DNA of 64,000 bases from a virus. The notes under the pieces are model-generated. The model saw nothing but the letters and a program-made list of their open reading frames with translations, was not told the DNA's origin and ran no database searches. A program made the position numbers and the translations under genes. The DNA lies in UHGV virus genome UHGV-0131811; one strand, 5' to 3'. How positions within the stretch are numbered: position 1 is the first letter of the stretch; the number at the start of each line of letters is the position of its first letter. Positions 9,874 to 20,504 of the stretch are shown here, one piece after another.

Positions 9874-10131
9874 GTGAACAATAAGGTTAAGAGTTGTGTG
9901 AAAGCAATGGTTGCACTTGGAGTAATTTTTCTGGCTGGCTGCAACCCATCTTATGAAAACAAAGATGCTTCTTACAGCCTCCCTCCAGAGATGCAAGACT
10001 GCAAAATCTACAAACTCAATGGTGATGCTATAAGCAGAGATATTGTTGTTGTCAGATGCCCAAACTCTCAAACAACAACATCTTATAGCTATGGCAAAAA
10101 TGGTCAATCACATACTACGGTTATTGAGTGA
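9874..10131 (+). CDS. Putative lipoprotein
   Basis: 85 aa; N-terminal signal peptide ending in lipobox-like LAGC (MNNKVKSCVKAMVALGVIFLAGCNPSYENK). Confidence 0.5.
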   Translation: MNNKVKSCVKAMVALGVIFLAGCNPSYENKDASYSLPPEMQDCKIYKLNGDAISRDIVVVRCPNSQTTTSYSYGKNGQSHTTVIE

Positions 10132-10141
10132 GGTTTTCACG

Positions 10142-10348
10142 ATGGAAGCCCTAGTAAACTATATCTATTGTTATGATGTTGTTCACTCCACTACAACCGT
10201 AGCTCAACGTAACCCAATCGTCCCACGAGAAGGTGAATTGGTTCGCATTGAGGGTTGGACTTACACTGTGGAAAGTATCATTCATAAGTTTGATGTTGCT
10301 GGTGATGTTCAAGTTATCGACGTAGAGATTGGTGGTAAGAGAAAATGA
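10142..10348 (+). CDS. Hypothetical protein
   Basis: ATG 10142 behind GAGTGAGG RBS; the longer track ORF (10043) overlaps the lipoprotein gene. Confidence 0.35.
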   Translation: MEALVNYIYCYDVVHSTTTVAQRNPIVPREGELVRIEGWTYTVESIIHKFDVAGDVQVIDVEIGGKRK

Positions 10349-10503
10349 AACCTAAGCAAACAATGACAGATGCAACCTTCACAGTGCGCAGTTTCGAAAG
10401 GTTGCACATCAAAGATGCAAAAGATACACCAAAATGCGTTGTGCATTTCATTAAAAGGCGTAGTAACATGTCATATATGAAATCTGACAAAGGCAAGAGA
10501 TAA

Positions 10504-10722
10504 ATGAACAAAGAAGATAAGCATAAAAATACTGTACGAACTCCTGATGGAAAGGTTCAATCCTTCATCCTTACAGTTGGTGGAAAGCCATTTCGTTGCC
10601 ACTGCGGAGCAAACTGTTTCCATAAACCAGATAAAAATGACTTAGAGCTTTACGCATGTAATGCTTGTGACACTTGGTATCACTCAGAGGTGAAAAATGA
10701 CAACACTGTACAAACAAAATAA
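10504..10722 (+). CDS. Hypothetical small Cys-rich protein
   Basis: 72 aa with CHCGANCFH...CNACDTW, a zinc-ribbon-like spacing. Confidence 0.4.
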   Translation: MNKEDKHKNTVRTPDGKVQSFILTVGGKPFRCHCGANCFHKPDKNDLELYACNACDTWYHSEVKNDNTVQTK

Positions 10723-11797
10723 AGACGGTTCCTTCAACATCTGGTCATGCGGTGCTATAGGTAACAAAGTTATTACAACCTACGGTAAAGAAAATGGCAA
10801 GATGATGTTTGAAGAGTATACAGCAGAACCTAAAAACATCGGTAAAAAGAATGAGCGTAACGCTGAACAGCAAGCTCTCTTTGAAGTTGCTGCTAAGTAT
10901 AAAAAGCAAGTTGACCGCAAAGGTTATGCTTACACAAAAGAGTCTGCACAGAATACTGAGAAGGTAGGTGTACAGCTTGCTCATGATGCTGCAAAGGTTA
11001 GTCATGCAAAGTATCTGAAGTTCCCTGCTGATGCTCAACCAAAACTTGATGGTGTTCGTTGTAGAATTTCAAGAGATGCTGATTCAGTTAGCTTCACGGC
11101 TTATTCTCGTGAGAATACTGTTTACAACGTCCCAGTAGAACTAATCCCAGATTTGCTTTTGTTGCTTAAATTACATCCACAAGTCGAAGACTTTGATGGT
11201 GAGATTTATGCTCATGGTTGGGACTTAGAAGATATTGTGTCTATGATTAAGAATGCTGACAATCCAGACCGACATCTACTCCAGTTCTACTGGTATGATA
11301 TCTGTGACAGTGCTAAGACGTGGCCTGAGCGTAGAGATATTATTGAGACTTCACCATTGAATGACTTCAGAGACGGCTGTAAAGTTGTCCCTGTTAAGTC
11401 TCGTCGTGTTAACTCTTGGGAAGAGTTTGATGAAGCTCATGATAAGTGGGTTGAAGCTAAGTTTGAAGGTGCAATGTACCGTTCAATCTCTGAAGACTCC
11501 TTCTATGAGTGTTGTCACCGTTCGTACTTCTTGATTAAGCACAAGAAGATGCACACTGAAGAGTTTAAAGTGACTGGTGTCAAGACTGATAAACGTGGTC
11601 ATGGCAAGTTCGTTGTAGAGACTCTTCCTAATGTCTTTGTAGATGTCTCATGGAAGACTACTCATGAGAAGAAACAGTATCTTGCTGAGCATCCTGATGA
11701 GTTTATCGGGAAGCCTTTAACGGTTCAGTTCCAGAAGATGACTCGTAAGGGCTCTTTACAGTTCCCTGTCGGGCTAGTTATTAGGGATTATGAATAA
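10697..11797 (+). CDS. ATP-dependent DNA ligase
   Basis: 366 aa; adenylation motif I KLDGVR (PKLDGVRCRI); size typical of small phage ligases. Confidence 0.75.
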   Translation: MTTLYKQNKDGSFNIWSCGAIGNKVITTYGKENGKMMFEEYTAEPKNIGKKNERNAEQQALFEVAAKYKKQVDRKGYAYTKESAQNTEKVGVQLAHDAAKVSHAKYLKFPADAQPKLDGVRCRISRDADSVSFTAYSRENTVYNVPVELIPDLLLLLKLHPQVEDFDGEIYAHGWDLEDIVSMIKNADNPDRHLLQFYWYDICDSAKTWPERRDIIETSPLNDFRDGCKVVPVKSRRVNSWEEFDEAHDKWVEAKFEGAMYRSISEDSFYECCHRSYFLIKHKKMHTEEFKVTGVKTDKRGHGKFVVETLPNVFVDVSWKTTHEKKQYLAEHPDEFIGKPLTVQFQKMTRKGSLQFPVGLVIRDYE

Positions 11798-12004
11798 ACT
11801 ATGTTAAGTACAATCATTCTGTTTGCATTAGTTATCTTTGTGTTGTCTTACATCACAAGTAAGCTTTTGAACACATCCTTTGCAATGGGTGTCTTGTTCA
11901 CAATCTTCTGTTTTGTAACGCATATAGTTATCAGGACTTTTATATAAAGTTGTTGACATAGAAAATTTGGTGAGTATACTGAGCAGCATAAACCAACGGG
12001 TACT

Positions 12005-12340
12005 CACCAACATCACTTAAGAGTCTTCTAAGAGGGTTTTTAAGTAATGTGATGTTTGGTTTGGTGTGGTCAGGTAATGTGATGTCTGGTTTAGTGCGGT
12101 GATGTGCGGTCCGGTAAGGTCCGGTGCGGTAAAGTGCGGGTAGTTAGTCTCAGCTACATTAAAATGAGACTTACCTTTTTAAAAGGTCTTTAAGAGGGTC
12201 TTTTAATAAGGTGCTGTATGGTAAGGTGATGTCTGGTGTGGTAGGGTGAGGTTAAGTGAGGTGAGGTATGGGTGGATGGTAGTAGCCACGTTAAAAATCT
12301 ACCAAGTTTCTAAAGAGTCTTCTGTTGAGGGTTCTTTACA
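12005..12340 (+). repeat. GT-rich repeat block A (two units of conserved box + GT-rich hexamer run + hairpin box)
   Basis: Boxes CTTAAGAGTCTTCTAAGAGGGTTTTTAAG and AAAGGTCTTTAAGAGGGTCTTTTAATAAGGT each followed by ~70 nt of GGTNNG-type repeats, then GGGTAGTTAGTCTCAGCTACATTAAAAT / GGATGGTAGTAGCCACGTTAAAAATCTACC. No ORF of 60 aa or more. Confidence 0.6.
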
Positions 12341-12361
12341 AACAACTTAACAATCAACTAA

Positions 12362-12967
<606 letters not shown>

Positions 12968-12969
12968 TT

Positions 12970-13410
12970 ATGAATACAAAAGCATTAGCAGCAAAGTTTA
13001 GTTACGGTGACACTGTATCACACTCTGAGATGGATACCTTCTTAGGTATTGTGAAGCCAACTTATCAAGGTGACATTGTTAAGTACGAAGATGAAATGAA
13101 GGCTTATGCGCTTACACGTCTAAACCGACTTGAGAAATTTATTGAGAAGCTTCTTAAAGAAGAGAAGATTTATCTGGTTGCTTCAATGGGTGTTGGTTAT
13201 CGTGTGGTTGAGCCTAAACATCAAGCAACTATTGCAAAACGCAAAATGTCTGGTAAGATTGGTCGAGCTTTAAAGCAAGCCACTCAAGCAATTGAGAATG
13301 TGAACACTATGGCACTTAGCCATCAAGAACGTTCACGACTGATTGAACAGCAAAACCATTTAGCTGCTATGAAAGCTAACATTAACAAGCAACGCAGAAA
13401 ACCTTTCTAA
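12970..13410 (+). CDS. Hypothetical protein (second gene of repeat-flanked cassette)
   Basis: 146 aa, starts 3 nt after upstream stop; basic C-terminus. Confidence 0.5.
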   Translation: MNTKALAAKFSYGDTVSHSEMDTFLGIVKPTYQGDIVKYEDEMKAYALTRLNRLEKFIEKLLKEEKIYLVASMGVGYRVVEPKHQATIAKRKMSGKIGRALKQATQAIENVNTMALSHQERSRLIEQQNHLAAMKANINKQRRKPF

Positions 13411-13421
13411 GTTGACTAGGT

Positions 13422-13445
13422 AGCCTCTTCGGAGGCTCCTTTTTA
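13422..13445 (+). terminator. Rho-independent terminator-like hairpin
   Basis: AGCCTCTTCGGAGGCT followed by CCTTTTT immediately after stop of 12970..13410. Confidence 0.55.
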
Positions 13446-13735
13446 AAAGGTCTTTAAAGAGGGTCTTTTAATAAGGTAAGGCACGGTTATGTCAGGTATG
13501 GTACGGTACGGTTAGGTAAGGTGAGGCGGAGTAAGGTATGGGTAGTTAATCGGAGCTACATTAAAATTCGATTACATCACTTAAGAGTCTTTTAAGAGGG
13601 TTTTTAAGTGAGGTGTGGCACGGTAATGTTAGGTAGGGTCAGGTCAGGTCAGGTGAGGTAAGGTAAGGTGATGTATGGAAGGATGGCAGTAGCCTTATAA
13701 AAAATCTGCCAAATAAGCTATAAAATCTGTTGACA
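13437..13735 (+). repeat. GT-rich repeat block B (paralogue of block A)
   Basis: Same box order as 12005-12340, including (GGTCAG)3-GGTGAGGTAAGGTAAGG at 13640-13670; ends in TTGACA...TATTTT promoter-like sequence before 13803 gene. Confidence 0.6.
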
Positions 13736-13802
13736 AGTCAGGTGTTATAGCTTATTTTTATACTCAATGTAATACAAAATTTAATATAACTTTGAGGTCA
13801 TT

Positions 13803-14186
13803 ATGAAAAAGATTTTATTAGCCGCTGCAATGGTTATGGTAATGAACTTACCAGTCAATGCAACAGAACTTCCAAATGTGGACTTATCAGGTGTTCCAAA
13901 AGACACTTGCCAGATTGTTAAAGGTGTTGCTTTGACTAATGGTGAGTTACTTAAACCAATCTCTGAAGAGTCTTTAACAGAGATGACTGATAAGGTAACT
14001 GACTATCAGTATCGTGTTCTTGCAGAGTATTTCCTGCAATCTGCAAACATTAAAGAGAAGCACCATGATGATATTGATGTACAGGCGATGCTCAACCACC
14101 GTATCCAGTTTAAAGAAGATTTGATGCAAAAAGCTATGTATGGTGTTGAGTATTTCTTAGAAAACAGAAGCTGCACAGGTATTTGA
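13803..14186 (+). CDS. Putative secreted protein
   Basis: 127 aa; N-terminal signal peptide MKKILLAAAMVMVMNLPVNA. Confidence 0.5.
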   Translation: MKKILLAAAMVMVMNLPVNATELPNVDLSGVPKDTCQIVKGVALTNGELLKPISEESLTEMTDKVTDYQYRVLAEYFLQSANIKEKHHDDIDVQAMLNHRIQFKEDLMQKAMYGVEYFLENRSCTGI

Positions 14187-14187
14187 T

Positions 14188-14400
14188 ATGGCTCTTAAAA
14201 AGTTACATCCCAGAAGCGGTTATGGTAAGATAATTGACGATACAGACGGCTTTACAGTCTTTACAGTTATCTGTCAAGATGATTCACAGATTGAAAAGGT
14301 TCTTGATGATTATCTTAATGATAAACGTGAAAAGGTTAGGGCTACAAACATAGATTCATTGATTGACACTTCACGTAAACGGAAGAAGAAAGATGAATGA
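14188..14400 (+). CDS. Hypothetical protein
   Basis: 70 aa ORF starting 2 nt after upstream stop. Confidence 0.4.
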   Translation: MALKKLHPRSGYGKIIDDTDGFTVFTVICQDDSQIEKVLDDYLNDKREKVRATNIDSLIDTSRKRKKKDE

Positions 14401-14692
14401 GGTTTTTGACCCTTATGCTCCACAAGATGATTGGGAGGCTGATAGAGAGGCTGAAATGGAGAGTTATATTTGTCCAATGGATGTAGACGAAATGAGAGAC
14501 TTCGTTGCACATCGTTTTAAGAGAGAGATTAAATCCAGAGGTCTTTCTCAAGAACAAGTCGCTAAAATTTGTGGTATCTCTCAAGCTCGTGTATCCAACA
14601 TAATCCACCTCACTGGGAATGTCTCTCTTGAGTATATGTTGGAAGTGTGTGAAAAATTTGGTGTTAATTTCAATTTAAGGTTGGCAGATTAA
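14393..14692 (+). CDS. Putative helix-turn-helix transcriptional regulator
   Basis: ATGAATGA overlap with upstream gene; LSQEQVAKICGISQARVSNIIH is a typical HTH segment. Confidence 0.5.
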   Translation: MNEVFDPYAPQDDWEADREAEMESYICPMDVDEMRDFVAHRFKREIKSRGLSQEQVAKICGISQARVSNIIHLTGNVSLEYMLEVCEKFGVNFNLRLAD

Positions 14693-14693
14693 T

Positions 14694-15053
14694 ATGAAAC
14701 GTGAAAACATTATCCACTCTGAAAACTTCGCATTAGGCTTTTATGGTGCACCTACTCACCTTGAAAAGTACTACGGTGTAAAAATTCTTTCCAATCTCAT
14801 TATGGCTTACAAAGATGGTAAGATTAAGCACACTGAGAAGAAACGTGTCATGGGCTACATGGCTGTAGGTTCAGCAATCTCGAACATTAAGCTGGAAACC
14901 ACTAGCAGTCAGATTGTAAAAGACCACTTCATCAAAGAGCTTTACCATAATCTTGATGGTGTAGATGTTCAGGCTGTTTGGCTGGATGTTGACGGTCACA
15001 ACTATACAAGTTTCGTTTTCAAAAACGATGACATTAAGTGTTTGTTCCCTTAA
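14694..15053 (+). CDS. Hypothetical protein
   Basis: 119 aa ORF, tightly packed operon. Confidence 0.45.
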   Translation: MKRENIIHSENFALGFYGAPTHLEKYYGVKILSNLIMAYKDGKIKHTEKKRVMGYMAVGSAISNIKLETTSSQIVKDHFIKELYHNLDGVDVQAVWLDVDGHNYTSFVFKNDDIKCLFP

Positions 15054-15066
15054 TAGGTGATTAACC

Positions 15067-15582
15067 ATGATTGATATCTACTTACAAGATGCTCATGCAG
15101 ACTTCCTTAAAGTGATGCTTAAAAAGTTTATGGCTTCACAGGGTGAGAATGAAGCATCTTTTAAAATAGTTACATGTGGCGATGAAGCTGGTTTTGTTGA
15201 GATTGAACATGAAGGTACTGGAAAGATTGTTTGTAAACTACCTGACAGTATGTTCTCTAGTGCATTCTTAACAAAGACTAGCATAAATGTTAAGCTTGTC
15301 CCTCAGATTGAAACATACTCTGGTACAGATTACCCTAAAGGTTTCAAGTCGCTGATGAAGTACTTCTTAGATGACTTTGTGAGTAATCTTCTGAGGGAGG
15401 TAAAAGAAAGTCGTACAGTGTTGACTGTAGAGAACATTGGAGGAACTATCAGGGTTACTTCTGACTGTTTTGTGATGAGCCTCTTCGACTTCGTTCCTAA
15501 GAACTTTGATGGTATTCTGGATGAAGAAGATGACTGTGTAGACTTTATATTGGTTCTTGAACCAGTTTTTGAGGTTAAATAA
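15067..15582 (+). CDS. Hypothetical protein
   Basis: 171 aa ORF. Confidence 0.45.
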   Translation: MIDIYLQDAHADFLKVMLKKFMASQGENEASFKIVTCGDEAGFVEIEHEGTGKIVCKLPDSMFSSAFLTKTSINVKLVPQIETYSGTDYPKGFKSLMKYFLDDFVSNLLREVKESRTVLTVENIGGTIRVTSDCFVMSLFDFVPKNFDGILDEEDDCVDFILVLEPVFEVK

Positions 15583-15843
15583 ATGAAAATTGAACACTGC
15601 TATGAGCCTGACGGAACACCTATCCGATGTCCACATTGTGGGTGTACAGACTTGCAAGGCGAGGTAAGTGAAATAGTCAACGGTCATATCGCTGAAGAGA
15701 GTACAAGGTGTACAGAGTGTAATGAAATCATTGCTTTCTGGGCTTATGGTTCATACCAACCTACACCACACTTAATCTACCATAGCAATAAAGCTGTGAA
15801 GAATGTTATCAACTGGTTCATTAAGAAAGGGTTTACAAAATGA
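15583..15843 (+). CDS. Hypothetical zinc-ribbon protein
   Basis: 86 aa; CPHCGC...CTECNE four-Cys arrangement. Confidence 0.45.
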   Translation: MKIEHCYEPDGTPIRCPHCGCTDLQGEVSEIVNGHIAEESTRCTECNEIIAFWAYGSYQPTPHLIYHSNKAVKNVINWFIKKGFTK

Positions 15844-16385
15844 TTAAGCTAATATTTGCAAGTGGTGAAAACGGTGAATTTGGTACACCGACTGGTATGC
15901 CGTGGCCTCGACATAAACAGGACATGCAAGAGTTTAAGAGACTCACTAAAAATAACTTAGTAGTCATGGGTAATGAGACTTTTAAGACTCTGGGTAGTAA
16001 ACCTTTACCAGAACGTGCAAACCTCATCTTAACAAATTCTGTACCATACTTAGGCATAGACTTTGGCAAAGATGATGTAATGTATGCTAAAGCCAGTAAA
16101 GAGTCATTTGGAGCATTTTTGAAGTATCTTGATAGCTCTATTGATGAAGATGTCTTTGTAATTGGTGGTGCAGGTATCCTTGTCAATGCTTTACCGTATG
16201 CTAGTGTGGTGTTCCATACTGTTTTCCATAAAGTTACTGAAGAGGCCACTGTGCATTTACCTTTTGAAAACTTCTTTGAGAAGCTGTATGATAACCGTGT
16301 GTTTACAAAGGTACAGTCAAAACCATCAGAGGATGGTAAAGCAACTTTTGAAATTTATGTTCCACAAGTAAAAGGACACTTTTGA
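15840..16385 (+). CDS. folA: Dihydrofolate reductase
   Basis: 181 aa; N-terminus IFASGENGEFGTPTGMPWPRH matches the DHFR substrate-binding region; directly upstream of thymidylate synthase. Confidence 0.75.
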   Translation: MIKLIFASGENGEFGTPTGMPWPRHKQDMQEFKRLTKNNLVVMGNETFKTLGSKPLPERANLILTNSVPYLGIDFGKDDVMYAKASKESFGAFLKYLDSSIDEDVFVIGGAGILVNALPYASVVFHTVFHKVTEEATVHLPFENFFEKLYDNRVFTKVQSKPSEDGKATFEIYVPQVKGHF

Positions 16386-16386
16386 T

Positions 16387-17286
16387 ATGTCACAAGCAGA
16401 TACAAGTTACAAAAATATCCTGAACCATGTTTTATCCGTTGGTGAACTGCGTACTACACGAACTGGAGATGTTATCTCTGCTTTTGCTCCACCTCAGTTT
16501 CGTTTTGATATGAGGACTGGTTTCCCGCTCTTAACATCTAAACAGGTGTTTACACGGCAAGTTATTGGGGAGGCTTTATGGTTCCTGAATGGTGAGAATA
16601 AGCTGGGTGAACTTCGTTACCGTACTTGGGATGAAAATGACGGAGAACGCTGGACTATCTGGTCAGATGATTTTAAACGCTGGTTAAGTTCTAATTATTC
16701 TTCTGAACAAGATTGGTTAGAAGATGCAGGTGGGAGAATCTATGGGGTTCAGTGGAGAAACTTTGAAGGTCATAATGGTTGTGTTGTAGACCAGCTAGAG
16801 ACCTTAGTAACGAAGATGAAGGGTGATATCACAGACCGTTACATGCTTGTTAATGCTTGGAATGCAGCAGATATTGCAGCAAACTCAATGGCTTTAGCAC
16901 CTTGTCATGTTCTGTTTCAGATTTATATCACTAATGAGGGTGAAGTTGACTTACAGTGGTATCAACGTTCAGTAGACACCTTTTTAGGACTTCCGTTTAA
17001 TATTGCGTCTTATGGTTTCATCTTAGAAGTTCTTTGTAAGATGACTGGATACACTCCACGGTACTTGATAGGTGTCTTTGGGGATACCCAGATTTATCAG
17101 AACCATATGAAGCAGGTTTATGAACTGATGAACAATGAAGAGTTCCATGCACCTACTTTTGAGATTGGTGTACCACTTAACACACTAAGTGACCTAAAAC
17201 ACCTTACTGCAAGTGATTTTATTGGTGGCATTTACAACTACCAACATGCAGGAAAGATTGAAGCACCTCTGTCAGTAGGTAAGTAA
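16387..17286 (+). CDS. thyA: Thymidylate synthase
   Basis: 299 aa; active-site LAPCHVLFQ (catalytic Cys in PCH) and conserved blocks throughout. Confidence 0.85.
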   Translation: MSQADTSYKNILNHVLSVGELRTTRTGDVISAFAPPQFRFDMRTGFPLLTSKQVFTRQVIGEALWFLNGENKLGELRYRTWDENDGERWTIWSDDFKRWLSSNYSSEQDWLEDAGGRIYGVQWRNFEGHNGCVVDQLETLVTKMKGDITDRYMLVNAWNAADIAANSMALAPCHVLFQIYITNEGEVDLQWYQRSVDTFLGLPFNIASYGFILEVLCKMTGYTPRYLIGVFGDTQIYQNHMKQVYELMNNEEFHAPTFEIGVPLNTLSDLKHLTASDFIGGIYNYQHAGKIEAPLSVGK

Positions 17287-17296
17287 AAACAAAAAA

Positions 17297-17330
17297 GGCT
17301 CCTTTTTACGGGAGCCTTAAATTTTATTTT
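17297..17330. terminator. Bidirectional terminator between converging genes
   Basis: GGCTCCTTTTTACGGGAGCC hairpin flanked by A-run upstream and T-run downstream, between thyA (+) and 17324..17695 (-). Confidence 0.6.
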
Positions 17331-17695
17331 TCAGTATTCTTTGTGTTCTTTTCAGTAATAGCTTGCAAGGCTGATACTGATTGAGCCAGATTGTTCACAC
17401 TGTCAGAGAATTTATCAAGGGTTTTGGTAAGTTTTGCGTTTTCACCCTTAACATTCTCTAACTGAACTTTCTGGTTCTCCATCCCTAGCTGAATCAATCT
17501 CATGTCAGACTGTAAATCACGAATAGCTGAATAGTTACTTTTGGAATAATTATCTAGCTGCTGTAACTTTGTTGTGACAGACACTTCCTGCTTACCACTT
17601 GAGACTTGCATAGTGGTATACATCCCAATAACACTAAAAATACCAACTACAATTGCACCAATATTATTTTTAAAAGCTTCCTCTAGCCACTTCAT
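17324..17695 (-). CDS. Membrane-anchored coiled-coil protein
   Basis: 123 aa; hydrophobic N-terminal segment then heptad-like region. Confidence 0.4.
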   Translation of the reverse strand: MKWLEEAFKNNIGAIVVGIFSVIGMYTTMQVSSGKQEVSVTTKLQQLDNYSKSNYSAIRDLQSDMRLIQLGMENQKVQLENVKGENAKLTKTLDKFSDSVNNLAQSVSALQAITEKNTKNTEK

Positions 17696-17890
17696 TTATT
17701 TCTCCCCCTTAAAAGCTTTTTCTAAGTTATCTACGAACTCATCATCAATAGGTGTATCTGTTTTACTCGCAAGGTATCTTGCAAGCTTAAAGAACACTTT
17801 CTCAATCATGTATTCACTTAGAAGGGATAAAATGAGTTTCCAGAAGAAGCTACCTAGATTTTTTAGAAGAATTGCTAGGATTGTAGGCAT
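17696..17890 (-). CDS. Small membrane protein
   Basis: 64 aa with hydrophobic N-terminal segment. Confidence 0.35.
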   Translation of the reverse strand: MPTILAILLKNLGSFFWKLILSLLSEYMIEKVFFKLARYLASKTDTPIDDEFVDNLEKAFKGEK

Positions 17891-17969
17891 TTAATCACCT
17901 CATCAGCCAAGATGGTGAGAATACCTATAAAGAATATTAACACCATCTTAACAATCAGTCAACAAGGGA

Positions 17970-20504
17970 TTAAGCAGTTCTTACCCAAGCCATTAACTTA
18001 TAGAACTGGTTAGTAACACTGAATGCTGAACCAGAACCAGTACCACCAGTGTTACCACTAACTGTGTGGCTGTGAGCACCAATACCAACAGTGTGGCTGT
18101 GGTTACCTGTTGTATTCGTTACACCAGACCAGTTTCTTGATGCGTTGAAGTTGACAGGGATACCATTAGTAAAGTGATTACCAGTATACCCTTTAGAACC
18201 TGCCTGACTACCGAGGTGGAATGCACCACTTGCTGTGTAGAAGCTGCTAGTGTCACTCCTGAAGTAACCAAATGAACCAGTAATCTCCATAGTACCTCTG
18301 TTGTGGTTATGGTTACCAGTTGTGCTAGAAGTCTTAGTACCATAATCAAATGATGAAGTGGTAGCAGAGAAACTGTGTGTATGTGAAGGTAAGTTACCAA
18401 CAGATAACGTTACAGAGTCTGAACCACCAGTTGTAGCAACATCTGAACCGTTTGCTGCTGCAATTCTAATAGTTCTACCAACACCATTATTCAGGTACGT
18501 CCAAGTTAACCCAGGAAGTGCTGTATTAGGGTTAACATTACTGTTAAACCACGTTACAATACCTACTGGATAGATTTTATTCAGGTCTGTAGAGTCACTA
18601 ATTGCTTCTGCAATCTTCTGGTCAGTTTCTGCTTTAGTGTATGCACCAATATCTGAAGGGGTTGGTTTTTGCAAACTTGTGTAGTATTTTGCAATTGTAC
18701 CCTTCACAATACCTTGTGGAGCATCATCAAATGTCTGTGGGACTTCAAACAACTGTACACTTGCATTACTAGAAGATTGAACCCTAGATACCGTAGAATT
18801 TTGGTAGCCTCCAACCTTACAGTAAATATCATAAGTGTCACCAGAAGTGTTAACGTAACCAATATCCGTGATGAGGGCATTATCTGCTGTTCTCCAAGCT
18901 ACAGCATTTAAATCCTTTGGATTATTATTTGATGTTCGTAAAACAATTTCACACTTGCCTGATTGGTATGGGTTATTCGCATTAAAACCAGCACCTCCAA
19001 AAACCTCAATAACTGCTGTAGATGTTGATTGTGGCATTACAACAGTAGCGATTTTAGCCCACTTTTCACCGTTTCCTAAATTAAAACTGGTGCTTCTGAT
19101 TCTCAGGTATCTGCTATCACTAGCACTTTGAGTAAAATATCTAGCATCTAAGTTAGAGAAATCTGAAGGTTGAACTTGACCAGTGATTGCTAAAGTTGCA
19201 TTCATTTCAAATACTGAACCAATGTTAAGCCCTTTACCTGTCTTGTAGTTATACAGGTTTAAGATATCACTGGCATCACCATTACCGATATACCACTTGC
19301 TGGTTCCATCAACAGCCTTCCCTCTAATAAATAATGACGATGCAGTTTTTGCTTTTAACGCAAGAGCTTCACCATCAGAGTTGATAACCTGTTGTGCAGA
19401 GAATGTGTTAGCAGCATTGGTTCTTGCAATTGTACTTAATGTGGCTGCCGGAATATATCTAGAATCAATATTAGTCCAATCCGAAGGTTGAACTTGACCA
19501 GTGATTCTGAAGTTCTGGTTGACTGAGATATAGCCATTATCAAGTCTGATATTTGAACCGTGTACATAGTTGTGTAGCAGCACAGAGGCTGTGTTATCCC
19601 CGTTCCCTACATACCACCTGTTAGTGTTCTGAGAGTCAACACCCTGAATGAATAGTGAGCTAGCTGTTGCATTTTTCAACCTTAAAGCAGCACTGTCACT
19701 AATGATAGTTAGATTTCTACTAAACGTGTTAGTGCCCGTGAAATTATTATTAGCAGCTAACTGTGCAAATCTCTGATTAGCAACTGTCTGAGTGAAATAT
19801 CTAGCATCTAAGTTAGAGAAATCTGAAGGTTGAACTTGACCAGTGATTGCTAAAGTTGCATTCATTTCAAATACTGAACCAATGTTAAGCCCTTTACCTG
19901 TCTTGTAGTTATACAGGTTTAAGATATCACTGGCATCACCATTACCGATATACCACTTGCTGGTTCCATCAACAGCCTTCCCTCTAATAAATAATGACGA
20001 TGCAGTTTTTGCTTTTAACGCAAGAGCTTCACCATCAGAGTTGATAACCTGTTGTGCAGAGAATGTGTTTGTGATAGCAAGTCTTGCGTATCTTGCATCA
20101 TTCTCTTCATTAGTCCTCATACCAAGCTCATTAGGACTTGGCTTATTCAGAGTATGATAAACAGTTGCTGACCTTGAAGCATCTGCAATAGTTAGTTTAA
20201 GACCATTTGCGTTAATTTTAAAAGTCTTTAAAATATCCCCAATAGTAATCTCAGAAGAGCCTGTAGGGTCAAATACAGACTTTCCACCGTAAAGTAACTT
20301 GACAATACCTAAATCCCCAGTCATAGTGCTTCCAGCAATCTGAACAAACCTTTCTAGTTTGAAGGAAGCTAAGAAGTCTTGATAGGTCATTCTACGGTCT
20401 TCATCACCCAACATTTCAGGTCTTTTCTTAACTCTGATGTGCAATAGGTCTTCTGAACGAATTGTGTCGATTGAGTTTAATTGACTCAATTTGTAATCTG
20501 CCAT
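17970..20504 (-). CDS. Tail fiber protein with three tandem ~110-aa repeats and C-terminal His-box region
   Basis: 844 aa; repeat NTFSAQQVINSDGEALALKAKTASSLFIRGKAVDGTSKWYIGNGD... occurs twice identically with a divergent copy between; C-terminus has HTHSFS / NHNHNRG / HSHTV His boxes and Gly-rich tail. Confidence 0.6.
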   Translation of the reverse strand: MADYKLSQLNSIDTIRSEDLLHIRVKKRPEMLGDEDRRMTYQDFLASFKLERFVQIAGSTMTGDLGIVKLLYGGKSVFDPTGSSEITIGDILKTFKINANGLKLTIADASRSATVYHTLNKPSPNELGMRTNEENDARYARLAITNTFSAQQVINSDGEALALKAKTASSLFIRGKAVDGTSKWYIGNGDASDILNLYNYKTGKGLNIGSVFEMNATLAITGQVQPSDFSNLDARYFTQTVANQRFAQLAANNNFTGTNTFSRNLTIISDSAALRLKNATASSLFIQGVDSQNTNRWYVGNGDNTASVLLHNYVHGSNIRLDNGYISVNQNFRITGQVQPSDWTNIDSRYIPAATLSTIARTNAANTFSAQQVINSDGEALALKAKTASSLFIRGKAVDGTSKWYIGNGDASDILNLYNYKTGKGLNIGSVFEMNATLAITGQVQPSDFSNLDARYFTQSASDSRYLRIRSTSFNLGNGEKWAKIATVVMPQSTSTAVIEVFGGAGFNANNPYQSGKCEIVLRTSNNNPKDLNAVAWRTADNALITDIGYVNTSGDTYDIYCKVGGYQNSTVSRVQSSSNASVQLFEVPQTFDDAPQGIVKGTIAKYYTSLQKPTPSDIGAYTKAETDQKIAEAISDSTDLNKIYPVGIVTWFNSNVNPNTALPGLTWTYLNNGVGRTIRIAAANGSDVATTGGSDSVTLSVGNLPSHTHSFSATTSSFDYGTKTSSTTGNHNHNRGTMEITGSFGYFRSDTSSFYTASGAFHLGSQAGSKGYTGNHFTNGIPVNFNASRNWSGVTNTTGNHSHTVGIGAHSHTVSGNTGGTGSGSAFSVTNQFYKLMAWVRTA
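19129..19409. repeat. 281-bp direct repeat copy 1 inside tail fiber gene
   Basis: Identical to 19789-20069 (660 bp offset) as far as I can read. Confidence 0.75.
19789..20069. repeat. 281-bp direct repeat copy 2 inside tail fiber gene
   Basis: Identical to 19129-19409. Confidence 0.75.

Noticed and set aside
12005-12340. GT-rich repeats as a Gly-rich coding sequence
   Set aside because: All three forward frames are interrupted by stops within 20 codons and there is no start with an RBS.
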